A stretch of 64,000 nt of DNA from an uncultured Spirochaetota bacterium. GTDB lineage: Bacteria > Spirochaetota > Brevinematia > Brevinematales > JAOACQ01. The stretch lies in NCBI GenBank assembly GCA_963783575.1, contig CAWAOD010000011.1, positions 320,001-384,000 on the forward strand. The letters run 5' to 3'. The position numbers and the translations under genes are program-made. This document shows, piece by piece, positions 29,439 to 38,696 of this stretch. The first letter of the stretch is position 1. Every line of letters starts with the position of its first letter. Below the pieces are notes generated by a model. It searched no databases. It saw only the letters and a list, made by a program, of their open reading frames with translations, and had not been told where the DNA came from.

Positions 29439-30790
29439 CATAAGCGCTAACTTGTTAAGGAAAAATATTCCACAATTTGCATTTTTCTTCTTCTCTTTTT
29501 ATTAATAAGTCCTCTGGAAATTCTTATCCAATTTATAAAAATACCGGTAAGCGAAAGGCATGGAATAATTACTCTCTGCATTTCATGAAGCATAAATGCA
29601 AATTCACGCCAACGGCTTACTATCCCTGCCCTGATTAATAATATCATAACCCCAGGGGGAAAAAGTCTGGGCTTGCCAGATAAGTTTTTCGTTTAACAGG
29701 GCCACAAACAATTTGCCATACAGCCAAGCCTTGGAACTTTCATCTGTATATTTAGGCAAATGCCCAAGTTCCGCAAGTTGCTTAAAACGTTTAAATACTA
29801 ATTCAACCTGCCATCGTAATCTATACCATCGCAGTATTTCTGCCGGCGGAAAACTTGACTCTTCAAAAGTTGTGAATACAATCACAAACTCCGCATATAT
29901 TAGTGTCTCCGGTTTTAACTTCTGACTCTTTTTTATAGCATGCTTTTTAATACGTTTGTGAGCCTTAAGAATAGCTTGTTCAGATTTTCTTATAACACAA
30001 ACTCTACCGGAAACAGTGGTTTTATCAGGGCATTGTAAATGAACATTCCATGAACATGCTTGTCCCGATTTCGAAACTTCTGATAATCTATCCAGCCAAT
30101 TAAATGGCTTACCGGATGAATCGCTAACTACAACATGATGAGGGCTGATGCGGACCAATAGAGAAGCTTTCTGCTCAACGGCAAACTTTATTCCCGGAGC
30201 CTGACCATAACCTCGATCACCTATAATATAATCACCCGGTTTCAAATCAAATTGTTTAAACGACTCACCCGTCCCTATACCGTTCATTTGAGTTACGCGA
30301 AAGTAGTCACACTTGAATGTAGGTAGTCTAAGACTGTAATGAACCTTCCATAAACTTCCCGTCCTTCCAGGTTCTTTAACTACAGTAGCATCAAGAAGGC
30401 GAACTTCAAATCCATCTTTATTTTCCAGTTTCACACCTCGCTCCTCAAATAAACCTTCACATAATGACGCCAACCAATCCGAACTCTTTCTTAATCGCTT
30501 CAGCAAGGCAACATCAGATAAATCTGCTAAATTGGCTTCACGAGCCCTTACTACTGTTTCTCTTAGAGAAAACCCGCCAGCCAGATGAATCAAAAGGGTT
30601 CTGAGCAAGTCCTCCTCAGATTTGCACTTACGCAATCCCCTTAATGCACCCGTTTCCTTTGCCTTTTCACGCCAACCTATTGGAAACATTGAAACTAAAA
30701 TATTCCAATCTTCATTAATCATAGCCGCCTCCCATATAAATATTATAGCTATTATTTGTAAAAATATCAAGAATCAAGTTAGCGCTTATG
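29439..30790 (-). mobile_element. IS4-family insertion sequence, 1352 bp
   Basis: Perfect 16-bp TIRs CATAAGCGCTAACTTG (29439-29454) and CAAGTTAGCGCTTATG (30775-30790); 11-bp target duplication AGCCGGAACAG (29428-29438 and 30791-30801). Confidence 0.93.
29604..30722 (-). CDS. IS4-family DDE transposase
   Basis: LLDAT, IGDRGY, YRLRWQVELVFKRFK (YREK signature); ATG 30722 follows GGGAGG. Confidence 0.9.
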   Translation of the reverse strand: MINEDWNILVSMFPIGWREKAKETGALRGLRKCKSEEDLLRTLLIHLAGGFSLRETVVRAREANLADLSDVALLKRLRKSSDWLASLCEGLFEERGVKLENKDGFEVRLLDATVVKEPGRTGSLWKVHYSLRLPTFKCDYFRVTQMNGIGTGESFKQFDLKPGDYIIGDRGYGQAPGIKFAVEQKASLLVRISPHHVVVSDSSGKPFNWLDRLSEVSKSGQACSWNVHLQCPDKTTVSGRVCVIRKSEQAILKAHKRIKKHAIKKSQKLKPETLIYAEFVIVFTTFEESSFPPAEILRWYRLRWQVELVFKRFKQLAELGHLPKYTDESSKAWLYGKLFVALLNEKLIWQAQTFSPWGYDIINQGRDSKPLA

Positions 30791-32185
30791 AGCCGGAACA
30801 GTAAAAAATTCAAAAAATAGACGTAAGAAAATTTGGCGCAAAAGAAGCCGAAGCTTCTTTTCCAGATTTAATAAAAAGAAATTCAAAGCTATTACAGTTT
30901 CGCTTGTATTTGGAAGCTTTGTCATTATCAGGCTTAACCCATATTTCCTTTTACCAACCCCAAATTCTCCTTCTACCGCATTTCTTACTGAAACATCCCT
31001 CTTTTCCTGAGCCTTCAGCCTTTCCTTCTCTTTCTCATCTATTTTCAGCCTGCCCAGAGGCGGACCGCTTAACCGTATGCCTCTTTCTTTACAATATACC
31101 AGATTTACTCTATTCCGGTATATTTTATCCGCTATAACTGATTTTGGATAGCAGCCAAACCTCTTACGATATTTCTCAACCTGATCCTTCAGTATCGTTC
31201 CTTCATTGAAATTTTCCCAGCTTATCTTATCTGTAAACGCATAGCCGTTTACCATACTTATAGATACTTTTGCCCCAAACTCAACATTCGCTCCCGCTTT
31301 ACCACGGACTATCGGCCTGATATGCGGCTTGGATATGCTTACTATCCTTCCGGAAATACTGTGAGTTCCTTTTTCAAACATCTCTTTTTGCTGTTCATAA
31401 AGTTTCTTGATCACTTTCAATTCTTCATGCTTCCTTTCCGACATTTTTGATAAATCTAGTCTTTCCGTATATTTTAAATCCCGCCTCACATAATTAAGCT
31501 GTTTCCTGATTGCTTGAGCCAATTTATTCGAACTGATCTTTTTGTTCTTCGCTGCAGTTAAATAATCTTTACGCCCTTTCCGGCGGTATGTTCTCGGTCT
31601 ATTATCCCCAAAGTCTCCACGAATGCAGCCTTCATCAATCATCTTTTCCAGCTTCATTCGCGCTTCATCCAACAAATTCAAATCCGTTGGGTATTTGATG
31701 TCTGCCGGTGCGCATGTCGCGTCCATCAATAGCTTTCCCTTATTTTTAGGATCATCGTCTTTCTTATTCCCTTTTTCCTTCTTTGCTTTCTTTTCCGCAA
31801 AAAGGGCATCGTTCACCTCTTCCAGCATTTCCGGTTTTACCCTTTTACGGAAATACACCATCATCGTCGAGTCAAACGGCTGTTTCCCCTGGTACTCACT
31901 TAATCCGATGAAATACTGGTAGTAAGGATTTTCTATGATCTGTGCAACGGTTTCTTCATCGGTAAATCCAAATCGTTGTTGTATGATCAATGCCCCAACA
32001 GCCATCCTGACTTTCTTGGCGCCCCGGCCTATGGCCTTAAATTGCCCGGCATATTTCTCTTCTAATACATCCCAGGGAACAATATCTGCCATTTTGAGCC
32101 ACCGGTTATTCGGATCCATCTTTCCGCCAAACGGCTGATAAAAATTTACAAATTTCAGTTCTTCTTTGTTTTCTTTATCATACAT
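30779..32185 (-). CDS. IS5-family DDE transposase
   Basis: ENPYYQYFIG, LLMDATCAPADIKYPTDLNLL, VIADKIY, RNAVEGEFGVGKR; the last three residues come from the nested IS4 end. Confidence 0.9.
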   Translation of the reverse strand: MYDKENKEELKFVNFYQPFGGKMDPNNRWLKMADIVPWDVLEEKYAGQFKAIGRGAKKVRMAVGALIIQQRFGFTDEETVAQIIENPYYQYFIGLSEYQGKQPFDSTMMVYFRKRVKPEMLEEVNDALFAEKKAKKEKGNKKDDDPKNKGKLLMDATCAPADIKYPTDLNLLDEARMKLEKMIDEGCIRGDFGDNRPRTYRRKGRKDYLTAAKNKKISSNKLAQAIRKQLNYVRRDLKYTERLDLSKMSERKHEELKVIKKLYEQQKEMFEKGTHSISGRIVSISKPHIRPIVRGKAGANVEFGAKVSISMVNGYAFTDKISWENFNEGTILKDQVEKYRKRFGCYPKSVIADKIYRNRVNLVYCKERGIRLSGPPLGRLKIDEKEKERLKAQEKRDVSVRNAVEGEFGVGKRKYGLSLIMTKLPNTSETVIALNFFLLNLEKKLRLLLRQIFLRLFFEFFTVPAHKR

Positions 32186-32379
32186 TTTTCACCTCTAAAT
32201 GCAAGGATTTTTATGCTTTTCCCCCTTTTTCCTTGCATTATTTTAAGGTAAAATTTAGAATATGTCATTATATTTCAATGCATTACACATTTTTCAGTAA
32301 GCCCTAAGTAAATTTGGTATTATTTATTGAAGGATAATTGTTTTTATGTGTATAATAATTATCAGATTTTTATAAATGG

Positions 32380-33672
32380 ATGTTTAATATAATGCCGGAA
32401 GTTAGTGTTATAATTCCTTGTTATAATCAGGGGCAATATTTAGATGAGGCTGTCGATTCAGTTCTCAGACAAACATATCAAGATTTTGAGATTATTATTG
32501 TTAATGACGGTTCAACAGATACAAAGACGATACAAAAATTAAAAACTTATGATAAACCAAAAACAAGAATAATTAATACAAAAAATATGGGTCTGGCTTC
32601 AGCTAGAAATAATGGAATTAAAGAAGCGGCAGGAAAATACATATTACCCCTGGATGCTGACGATAAAATCGGGGAGGAGTATTGTAATATAGCGGTTAAG
32701 ATATTAAATGAAAATTCCAGTATTGGAATTGTATATTGTAACGCTGATTTATTTGGAAAAATCAGTACGAAGTGGAATTTATTGGAATTTTCACTTGATA
32801 ATATGTTAATTGATAATGTAATATTTTGTTCGGCTTTTTTCAGGAAAAAAGATTGGGAAAAAGCAGGCGGTTATAGTATTGAAATGATTTATGGCTGGGA
32901 AGATTATGATTTCTGGCTTTCATTGATTGAATCGGGAGTTTTAGTCTATAAAATACCCGGTACTCATTTTTATTATAGAATAAATGAAGATTCTATGGTA
33001 AGGACAAAAACAAAAGAACAGAAAGTCGAAATGTTTAAAAAGATATATAATAAGCATAAGAATCTATATGATAAAAACATAGATGTTTTATTTAATAAAA
33101 TTATTGATAGTTCAAATCATCAATTTATTAGTCAGTTATACATAGATACATGTTTTGGCTTTAATGAAAAACAGGTAGTTACCAATAAAATATCTGGAAA
33201 TGAAAAAGAAATAGAGTTCATAGTGGATCAAAAGCAAAATATCAAACAATTACGTTTTGATCCTATTAATGATATGGCGGTTATTTGTTTATATAAAATT
33301 GTATTATATTCATCATCAGGAGAACAGGTCATTGAAGATGGCTTTCAATCCAATGCATTATTTCAAGAAAACAATAATTTCATTTTTTCTACAGAAGATC
33401 CGCAGTTTATAATTAATACTGAAAATATAAATAAGATAAAAAAAATAAAAATAAATCTTGAATTCATATCTGTCGGTCAGGATATATATGGATTTATGTC
33501 TAGATTTTGCGAGAAAAGTATTCGAGAAAAAGATAAACTTATTGAGAATCTGAATCAAAAATTAATAAATAAAGAGATGTATATAAATGAGATATTTCAG
33601 AGTCAGTCCTGGAAGATAACGGCTCCACTTAGAAAATTAAAGCAAATCATAGCATTGAAAAAATCAAAATGA
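32380..33672 (+). CDS. GT2 glycosyltransferase with beta-sandwich domain and short coiled coil ending [11 protein letters not shown]
   Basis: [27 protein letters not shown]; the C-terminal SxSW..T.PLR motif is typical of ABC-pathway glycan proteins. Confidence 0.88.
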   Translation: [430 protein letters not shown]

Positions 33673-33704
33673 AAATAGTATAATGAAAAATTTTGGAGTA
33701 ATTA

Positions 33705-35924
33705 ATGCATTATTTTAAAAAATTGATAAATATTTTTCAAATTAAAATCATTGGATTTTTTGAAAAATTAAAAAATTCAAATTTATTCAATCATTTATAT
33801 TATCATATAGATAGGATTTCATATACAACACAACTCTTTACATTTTCAGGATGGGCATTTTCAACTTTTAAATCAATAAAATCAGTAAAAATCATAGTTA
33901 TTGACGGAAAGAACAAAAAAGAAATCGATATGGAATATTTTCATCCCCGTTTTGATGTTTATCAAGTATATCAAAATAAAAATTCAAAATTAAGCGGATT
34001 TTTTTTGAGTGCCAAAGTTCAATTTGATAATCCTAAAAATTTGAAATACGAGTTATTGATAACATTTGAAGACGGCAGTATTAAAAAAATATTAAGAATA
34101 GGCATAAGTTATAATATAAAGTTATCAAAGAAAAATTTTATTAAATTAATTGATATTTTAAAATTAATACTCAATAAGAATAAGGGGATATTAAAATCAA
34201 TTAGAACTTTGATCGCTATATTGTTAAGCCATCAGCTGGAACTTTATGTAAAATATTTTAAAAATATTATAGAAAATGAACCGGGTAAAAAGGATTTACT
34301 AAAACAAAAAAAGGATACTTTTAAATACAGCCCAAAAATCAGTATTGTTGTACCTACTTACAATACTCCTGAGAAGTTATTGAAGGAAATGATTCGATCG
34401 GTTAAGAACCAAACTTACTCAAACTGGGAATTATGTATTGCGGATGGCAGTGATAAAAATAATATAGTTAGAAAACTATTAAAAGCATATGTTAGAAAAG
34501 ATAAAAGAATAAAATTAAAACTTTTGGATCGAAATAAAGGCATCGCTGCCAATAGTAATGAGGCTATATTGCTTTCTCATGGCGATTATTTAGGTTTTTT
34601 AGATCATGATGACTTACTTCAGCCTCATGCTTTATATGAGGTTGTAAAATGCGTTGAAAAAAACCGCGATGCTGATCTTATTTATTCTGATGAGGATAAA
34701 ATCTCGGAAGATGGAATATTGCGCTCCCTCCCATGCTTTAAACCTGATTTTTCTCCCGATACTTTAAGGAGTTACAACTATATATGTCATTTTACTGTTA
34801 TCAGGAAGGAAATCGGAGATAAATTGGGATGGTTCAGAGATGGTTTTAACGGCGCACAGGACTATGATTTGATTTTACGCGTATCGGAAGAAACTAGCAG
34901 GATAATCCATATTCCTAAAATTTTATATCACTGGAGATTAATAAAAAGTTCAACCGCTTTAAATCCAGATTCAAAAAAATATGCTTTTGAGTCAGGGACT
35001 AAAGCTCTGGTAGAACATTTGAAACGAAATGGAGTAAAATGGGAAACCATTAGCAATAAGATAATAGGAACCTATCAAATTAAATATGAATTGGATAAAA
35101 ACCATCTGATATCTATCATTATTCCAAATAAGGATGAGGTGAAAACACTTAAAAGATGTGTTAATTCAATAACTCAAAAATCGTCATATCAAAATTACGA
35201 GATTATCATTATTGAAAATAATTCAAGAAAAGAAGAAACATTCCAATTATATAATCAATTGAAAAAAAATAATAAAATCAGGGTAATTAAAAGGAATAAA
35301 CCGTTTAATTATTCGGAAGTAAATAATTTTGCGGCTCAAGAAGCGAAAGGAGATATCTTACTTTTTTTAAATAATGATACTGAAGTGAGAAATTCGGATT
35401 GGCTGGAGAGGATGCTGGAGCATGCCGAACGCAAAGTGGTCGGGGCGGTTGGAGCTAAGCTTTATTATCCGGATAACACCATACAGCATGGGGGCATTAT
35501 AATAGGTATTGGCGGCGCGGCAGGCCATTCGCATAAGCTTTATAAGGGTGAAGACTATGGCTATTGCGCCAGATTGGCGGTTATCCAGAATCTCAGTGCG
35601 GTCACAGGCGCCTGTTTGATGATGCGAAAAAATCTTTTCCAGGAATTGGGGGGCTTTGATGAGAATTACAAATTATCCTTCAATGATGTTGATCTTTGCC
35701 TTAAAATAAGGAGTAAAGGATACTTGATTGTTTGGACGCCTTTTGCCGAATTGTATCACCATGAATCGAAAACAAGGGGTTATGAGGATACTCAAGAAAA
35801 AGTAGAAAGGTTTGAAAGTGAAAGGGCTTTATTGTCCCAACGATGGGCGGAAATACTAAATAATGGTGATCCATATTATAATATTAATTTAACCCTAGTT
35901 AAGGAAGATTTCTCATTAAAGTAA
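33705..35924 (+). CDS. Double-GT2 glycosyltransferase (ABC-pathway polymerase-like)
   Basis: ISIVVPTYN..FLDHDD, YSDEDK, GAQDYD; second domain ISIIIPNKD..LNNDT, SAVTGAC, NDVDLCL, HHESKTRG. Confidence 0.9.
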   Translation: MHYFKKLINIFQIKIIGFFEKLKNSNLFNHLYYHIDRISYTTQLFTFSGWAFSTFKSIKSVKIIVIDGKNKKEIDMEYFHPRFDVYQVYQNKNSKLSGFFLSAKVQFDNPKNLKYELLITFEDGSIKKILRIGISYNIKLSKKNFIKLIDILKLILNKNKGILKSIRTLIAILLSHQLELYVKYFKNIIENEPGKKDLLKQKKDTFKYSPKISIVVPTYNTPEKLLKEMIRSVKNQTYSNWELCIADGSDKNNIVRKLLKAYVRKDKRIKLKLLDRNKGIAANSNEAILLSHGDYLGFLDHDDLLQPHALYEVVKCVEKNRDADLIYSDEDKISEDGILRSLPCFKPDFSPDTLRSYNYICHFTVIRKEIGDKLGWFRDGFNGAQDYDLILRVSEETSRIIHIPKILYHWRLIKSSTALNPDSKKYAFESGTKALVEHLKRNGVKWETISNKIIGTYQIKYELDKNHLISIIIPNKDEVKTLKRCVNSITQKSSYQNYEIIIIENNSRKEETFQLYNQLKKNNKIRVIKRNKPFNYSEVNNFAAQEAKGDILLFLNNDTEVRNSDWLERMLEHAERKVVGAVGAKLYYPDNTIQHGGIIIGIGGAAGHSHKLYKGEDYGYCARLAVIQNLSAVTGACLMMRKNLFQELGGFDENYKLSFNDVDLCLKIRSKGYLIVWTPFAELYHHESKTRGYEDTQEKVERFESERALLSQRWAEILNNGDPYYNINLTLVKEDFSLK

Positions 35925-35957
35925 TTGATTAATAATATGAAATAAATTGGTGAGTGT

Positions 35958-38510
35958 ATGAAATTGTTTCAAAGAGTACTAATATCGGCAATGTTTTTTT
36001 GTATATTTTGTTTTTTAATTTACATTTATGAACCAATTGGTAAATTGACATTTTCCATGGAAGTAAACACACAAATACCTGATATTTTCCAGTTATTTTA
36101 TGATTGTGGAAATGGGTATAATGAAAAGGATTCTATTAAAACCATTGTTCAGGGAAATGGTGATTTTGAAATAATTAATTTTACATTGCCTATTAAAATG
36201 TTTCGTAAGATCAGGATTGATCCGGGAACTCACATGGGTGATGTTATTATAAAGAGCATAAGTTTTCAATTAAAAAGCAAAAATATTATCTTTTGGAATT
36301 CCCAGGATATAATAAATAAATTTAAACCACTGAATCAAATTGATGTTTTTAATGAAAATAAAGGCTATGTCTATATTCATTCAATAGGAGAAGATCCTTA
36401 TTTTGAGTGTAATTTTGATATCAGGGATATTATTGACCCGATTAATATCAAAAATAATGTATATAAAATTCCTTTTCTAATTTTATCGTTAATTCTATCT
36501 ATTTCTTTTTTTTATATTCTTAAAACAAAGTATACTATGATTATTTTTATTTTTATTAAAGAAAATTTATTTAAAATAAAGAACGGGTTAAACAGTTTTG
36601 GTAAAATATTCAGTGAAGACCATTTAATAATATTCGATTATAAAGTTATATTATTACTAATGGTATTATTAATTTTATTTGTGATCACTGTTTCTTTTAA
36701 TATAACCAGTTCATCATTCGCTTATTGGGATAATATTGTGCCTCAGAGCAATGTTAAAAGTAGTGTTGTAATTGGAACTCCGAAAGGGATTAGAAGCGAT
36801 GAATGGAAAGAGGCTCCCTCATATCTATATCCTGTAAAATATAATCTTTCAGTAAATTCTCTTTTTACACTGAAGTACTGGGGTTATCTGTTGTTTGGTA
36901 CAGAAAGGGGTTATGCTTATTATTGGAACTTTATATGGTTCATGATTTTTATCGGTTTTTTTCTTTTACTACTGCTTTTAACAGGAAACAACTTCTGGCT
37001 CTCATTGACCGGTAGCATATGGTTTTATTTATCAGCCTACAACCAATGGTGGAGCGGCTGCGAAATCATAGTACCATTCAGTTTCTTATTCATAGGCATT
37101 GTTTACTTTTTATTCTCAACAAAAAAAATACTTATTTTAATCAGCTCTTATATAATTGTAGTATTTTTTCTTTATTTTATTCGATCCTTATATCCTCCCT
37201 GGTTGGTACCGGCAGGTTATTTACTTTTGTTTCTTTTCATTGGTTATAATATTCAAAATTATAAGTTTGACTACATAAAGAAAAATTTTATTTTTAAAAT
37301 GATTTTATTGACCACAGGAATTATTCTTATAGGTTTTTTATCATATAATTATTTTATTTCTTTAAAAGATGAATTCATGATAATCAATCAGACTGTTTAT
37401 CCCGGGCAAAGGAGATCATCTGGCGGAATAGCGGATGGAATGAATTTGATACGTTATTTTGGCGGATACTTTAATTTTTTCTTTCGCGATAATAATTTTC
37501 CCCGGATTTATGGGAATGTTTGCGAATCAAGCGGTTTTATATTATTATTTCCTTTAGCTTTCATTTTAATGTTAATAAATACTATTCAGAGAAAAAAAAA
37601 TAATTTTGTAGCAATATTATTGGTTGTTTATATTTTACTCATTTCTATTTGGATGCTCTTTGGTTTTCCGAAGTTTATAGCTGCAATAACTTTATTCGAT
37701 AGGGTACCTGCAATCAGAGCGCCCTTCGGGCTTGGAATTGCCAGTATTATATTAACTATAATTGTATTGAGTCAAAAGGATGAATCAATTTCTGAAAAAA
37801 ATAAAATTAATGAAAATTTAATTAAAAATTTGATTGTAATTCCTTTAATAGTTTTATTATTAATACTTTATGGAACATTATTAATTAAGTTCGATTCATA
37901 CTATACTTTAAAAAAAATAATTTTCATTGTTATTGCCATATCGGGAATATCATTTTTCTATTTAAACAATTTTAAGTTTTTATTTTGCTGTAGCATTTTA
38001 TTTATGGTCCTGCCGCATATTATGGTGAACCCGGTTAATATTGGATTTGATTCCATTATTAAAAAAAATATTATACAATTTGTGCTAGATATTGATCATA
38101 AAGATAATCAATCCAAATGGATTGTATATGATGATGCGGTAAAATCTAAATTTCTTAAAGCCGGGACTCAAAATATATTCAATACGAAATCCTATCCTGA
38201 TTTTAATGAAATGAAAATTTTAGACCCTCAAAATAAATACAAAGATATTTGGAACAGGTATTCTGCTTTTATAATAGTTAATTCAGATATAATATCCAAT
38301 GATATAATATTTATCTTAAATCAGGCAGATTTATATTCTATTAAAATTAATCCAAATTCCGATCTATTAAAACAATTGAATATAAAATACTTTGTTTTTG
38401 AAAATATTCCGAAGGATCTGGACCCGAAGAAATTTAAACAGCTTAATCTGAACCCTTTTAATAAGATGTATATATTTGAAAGAACCGATTTAATAACAGA
38501 TAGGAATTGA
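35958..38510 (+). CDS. Large polytopic membrane protein, probable GT-C glycosyltransferase with N-terminal beta-sandwich domain
   Basis: Many TM helices; GTPKGIRSDEW, LYPPW, TVYPGQR, NVCE, WNRY motifs. Confidence 0.62.
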   Translation: MKLFQRVLISAMFFCIFCFLIYIYEPIGKLTFSMEVNTQIPDIFQLFYDCGNGYNEKDSIKTIVQGNGDFEIINFTLPIKMFRKIRIDPGTHMGDVIIKSISFQLKSKNIIFWNSQDIINKFKPLNQIDVFNENKGYVYIHSIGEDPYFECNFDIRDIIDPINIKNNVYKIPFLILSLILSISFFYILKTKYTMIIFIFIKENLFKIKNGLNSFGKIFSEDHLIIFDYKVILLLMVLLILFVITVSFNITSSSFAYWDNIVPQSNVKSSVVIGTPKGIRSDEWKEAPSYLYPVKYNLSVNSLFTLKYWGYLLFGTERGYAYYWNFIWFMIFIGFFLLLLLLTGNNFWLSLTGSIWFYLSAYNQWWSGCEIIVPFSFLFIGIVYFLFSTKKILILISSYIIVVFFLYFIRSLYPPWLVPAGYLLLFLFIGYNIQNYKFDYIKKNFIFKMILLTTGIILIGFLSYNYFISLKDEFMIINQTVYPGQRRSSGGIADGMNLIRYFGGYFNFFFRDNNFPRIYGNVCESSGFILLFPLAFILMLINTIQRKKNNFVAILLVVYILLISIWMLFGFPKFIAAITLFDRVPAIRAPFGLGIASIILTIIVLSQKDESISEKNKINENLIKNLIVIPLIVLLLILYGTLLIKFDSYYTLKKIIFIVIAISGISFFYLNNFKFLFCCSILFMVLPHIMVNPVNIGFDSIIKKNIIQFVLDIDHKDNQSKWIVYDDAVKSKFLKAGTQNIFNTKSYPDFNEMKILDPQNKYKDIWNRYSAFIIVNSDIISNDIIFILNQADLYSIKINPNSDLLKQLNIKYFVFENIPKDLDPKKFKQLNLNPFNKMYIFERTDLITDRN

Positions 38511-38696
38511 ATACATGATAATATTATAGCTTATAGTATTTTTTGACGGGTTATTATACTTCTTCTATAATTTAGAAATTTTAATTTGAACATTTCAGAA
38601 AGAGGCGAAGGATTAATCCACACCCCTATGTTGAGAGGTTTCAAATGCTAATTTTTAATAAATGTTATGTTTTCAAATAAAGGTGAATGATTAAGG

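Larger units (their letters stand above)
29391..32304 (-). mobile_element. IS5-family insertion sequence (about 1.55 kb net) interrupted by a nested IS4
   Basis: Perfect 15-bp TIRs GGGCTTACTGAAAAA (29391-29405) and TTTTTCAGTAAGCCC (32290-32304), with TA on both sides. Confidence 0.9.

Noticed and set aside
26165..32304. Active composite transposon carrying the TA pair and epimerase between two IS5 copies
   Set aside because: The left copy is truncated and diverged and lacks terminal IRs; no shared target duplication is visible.
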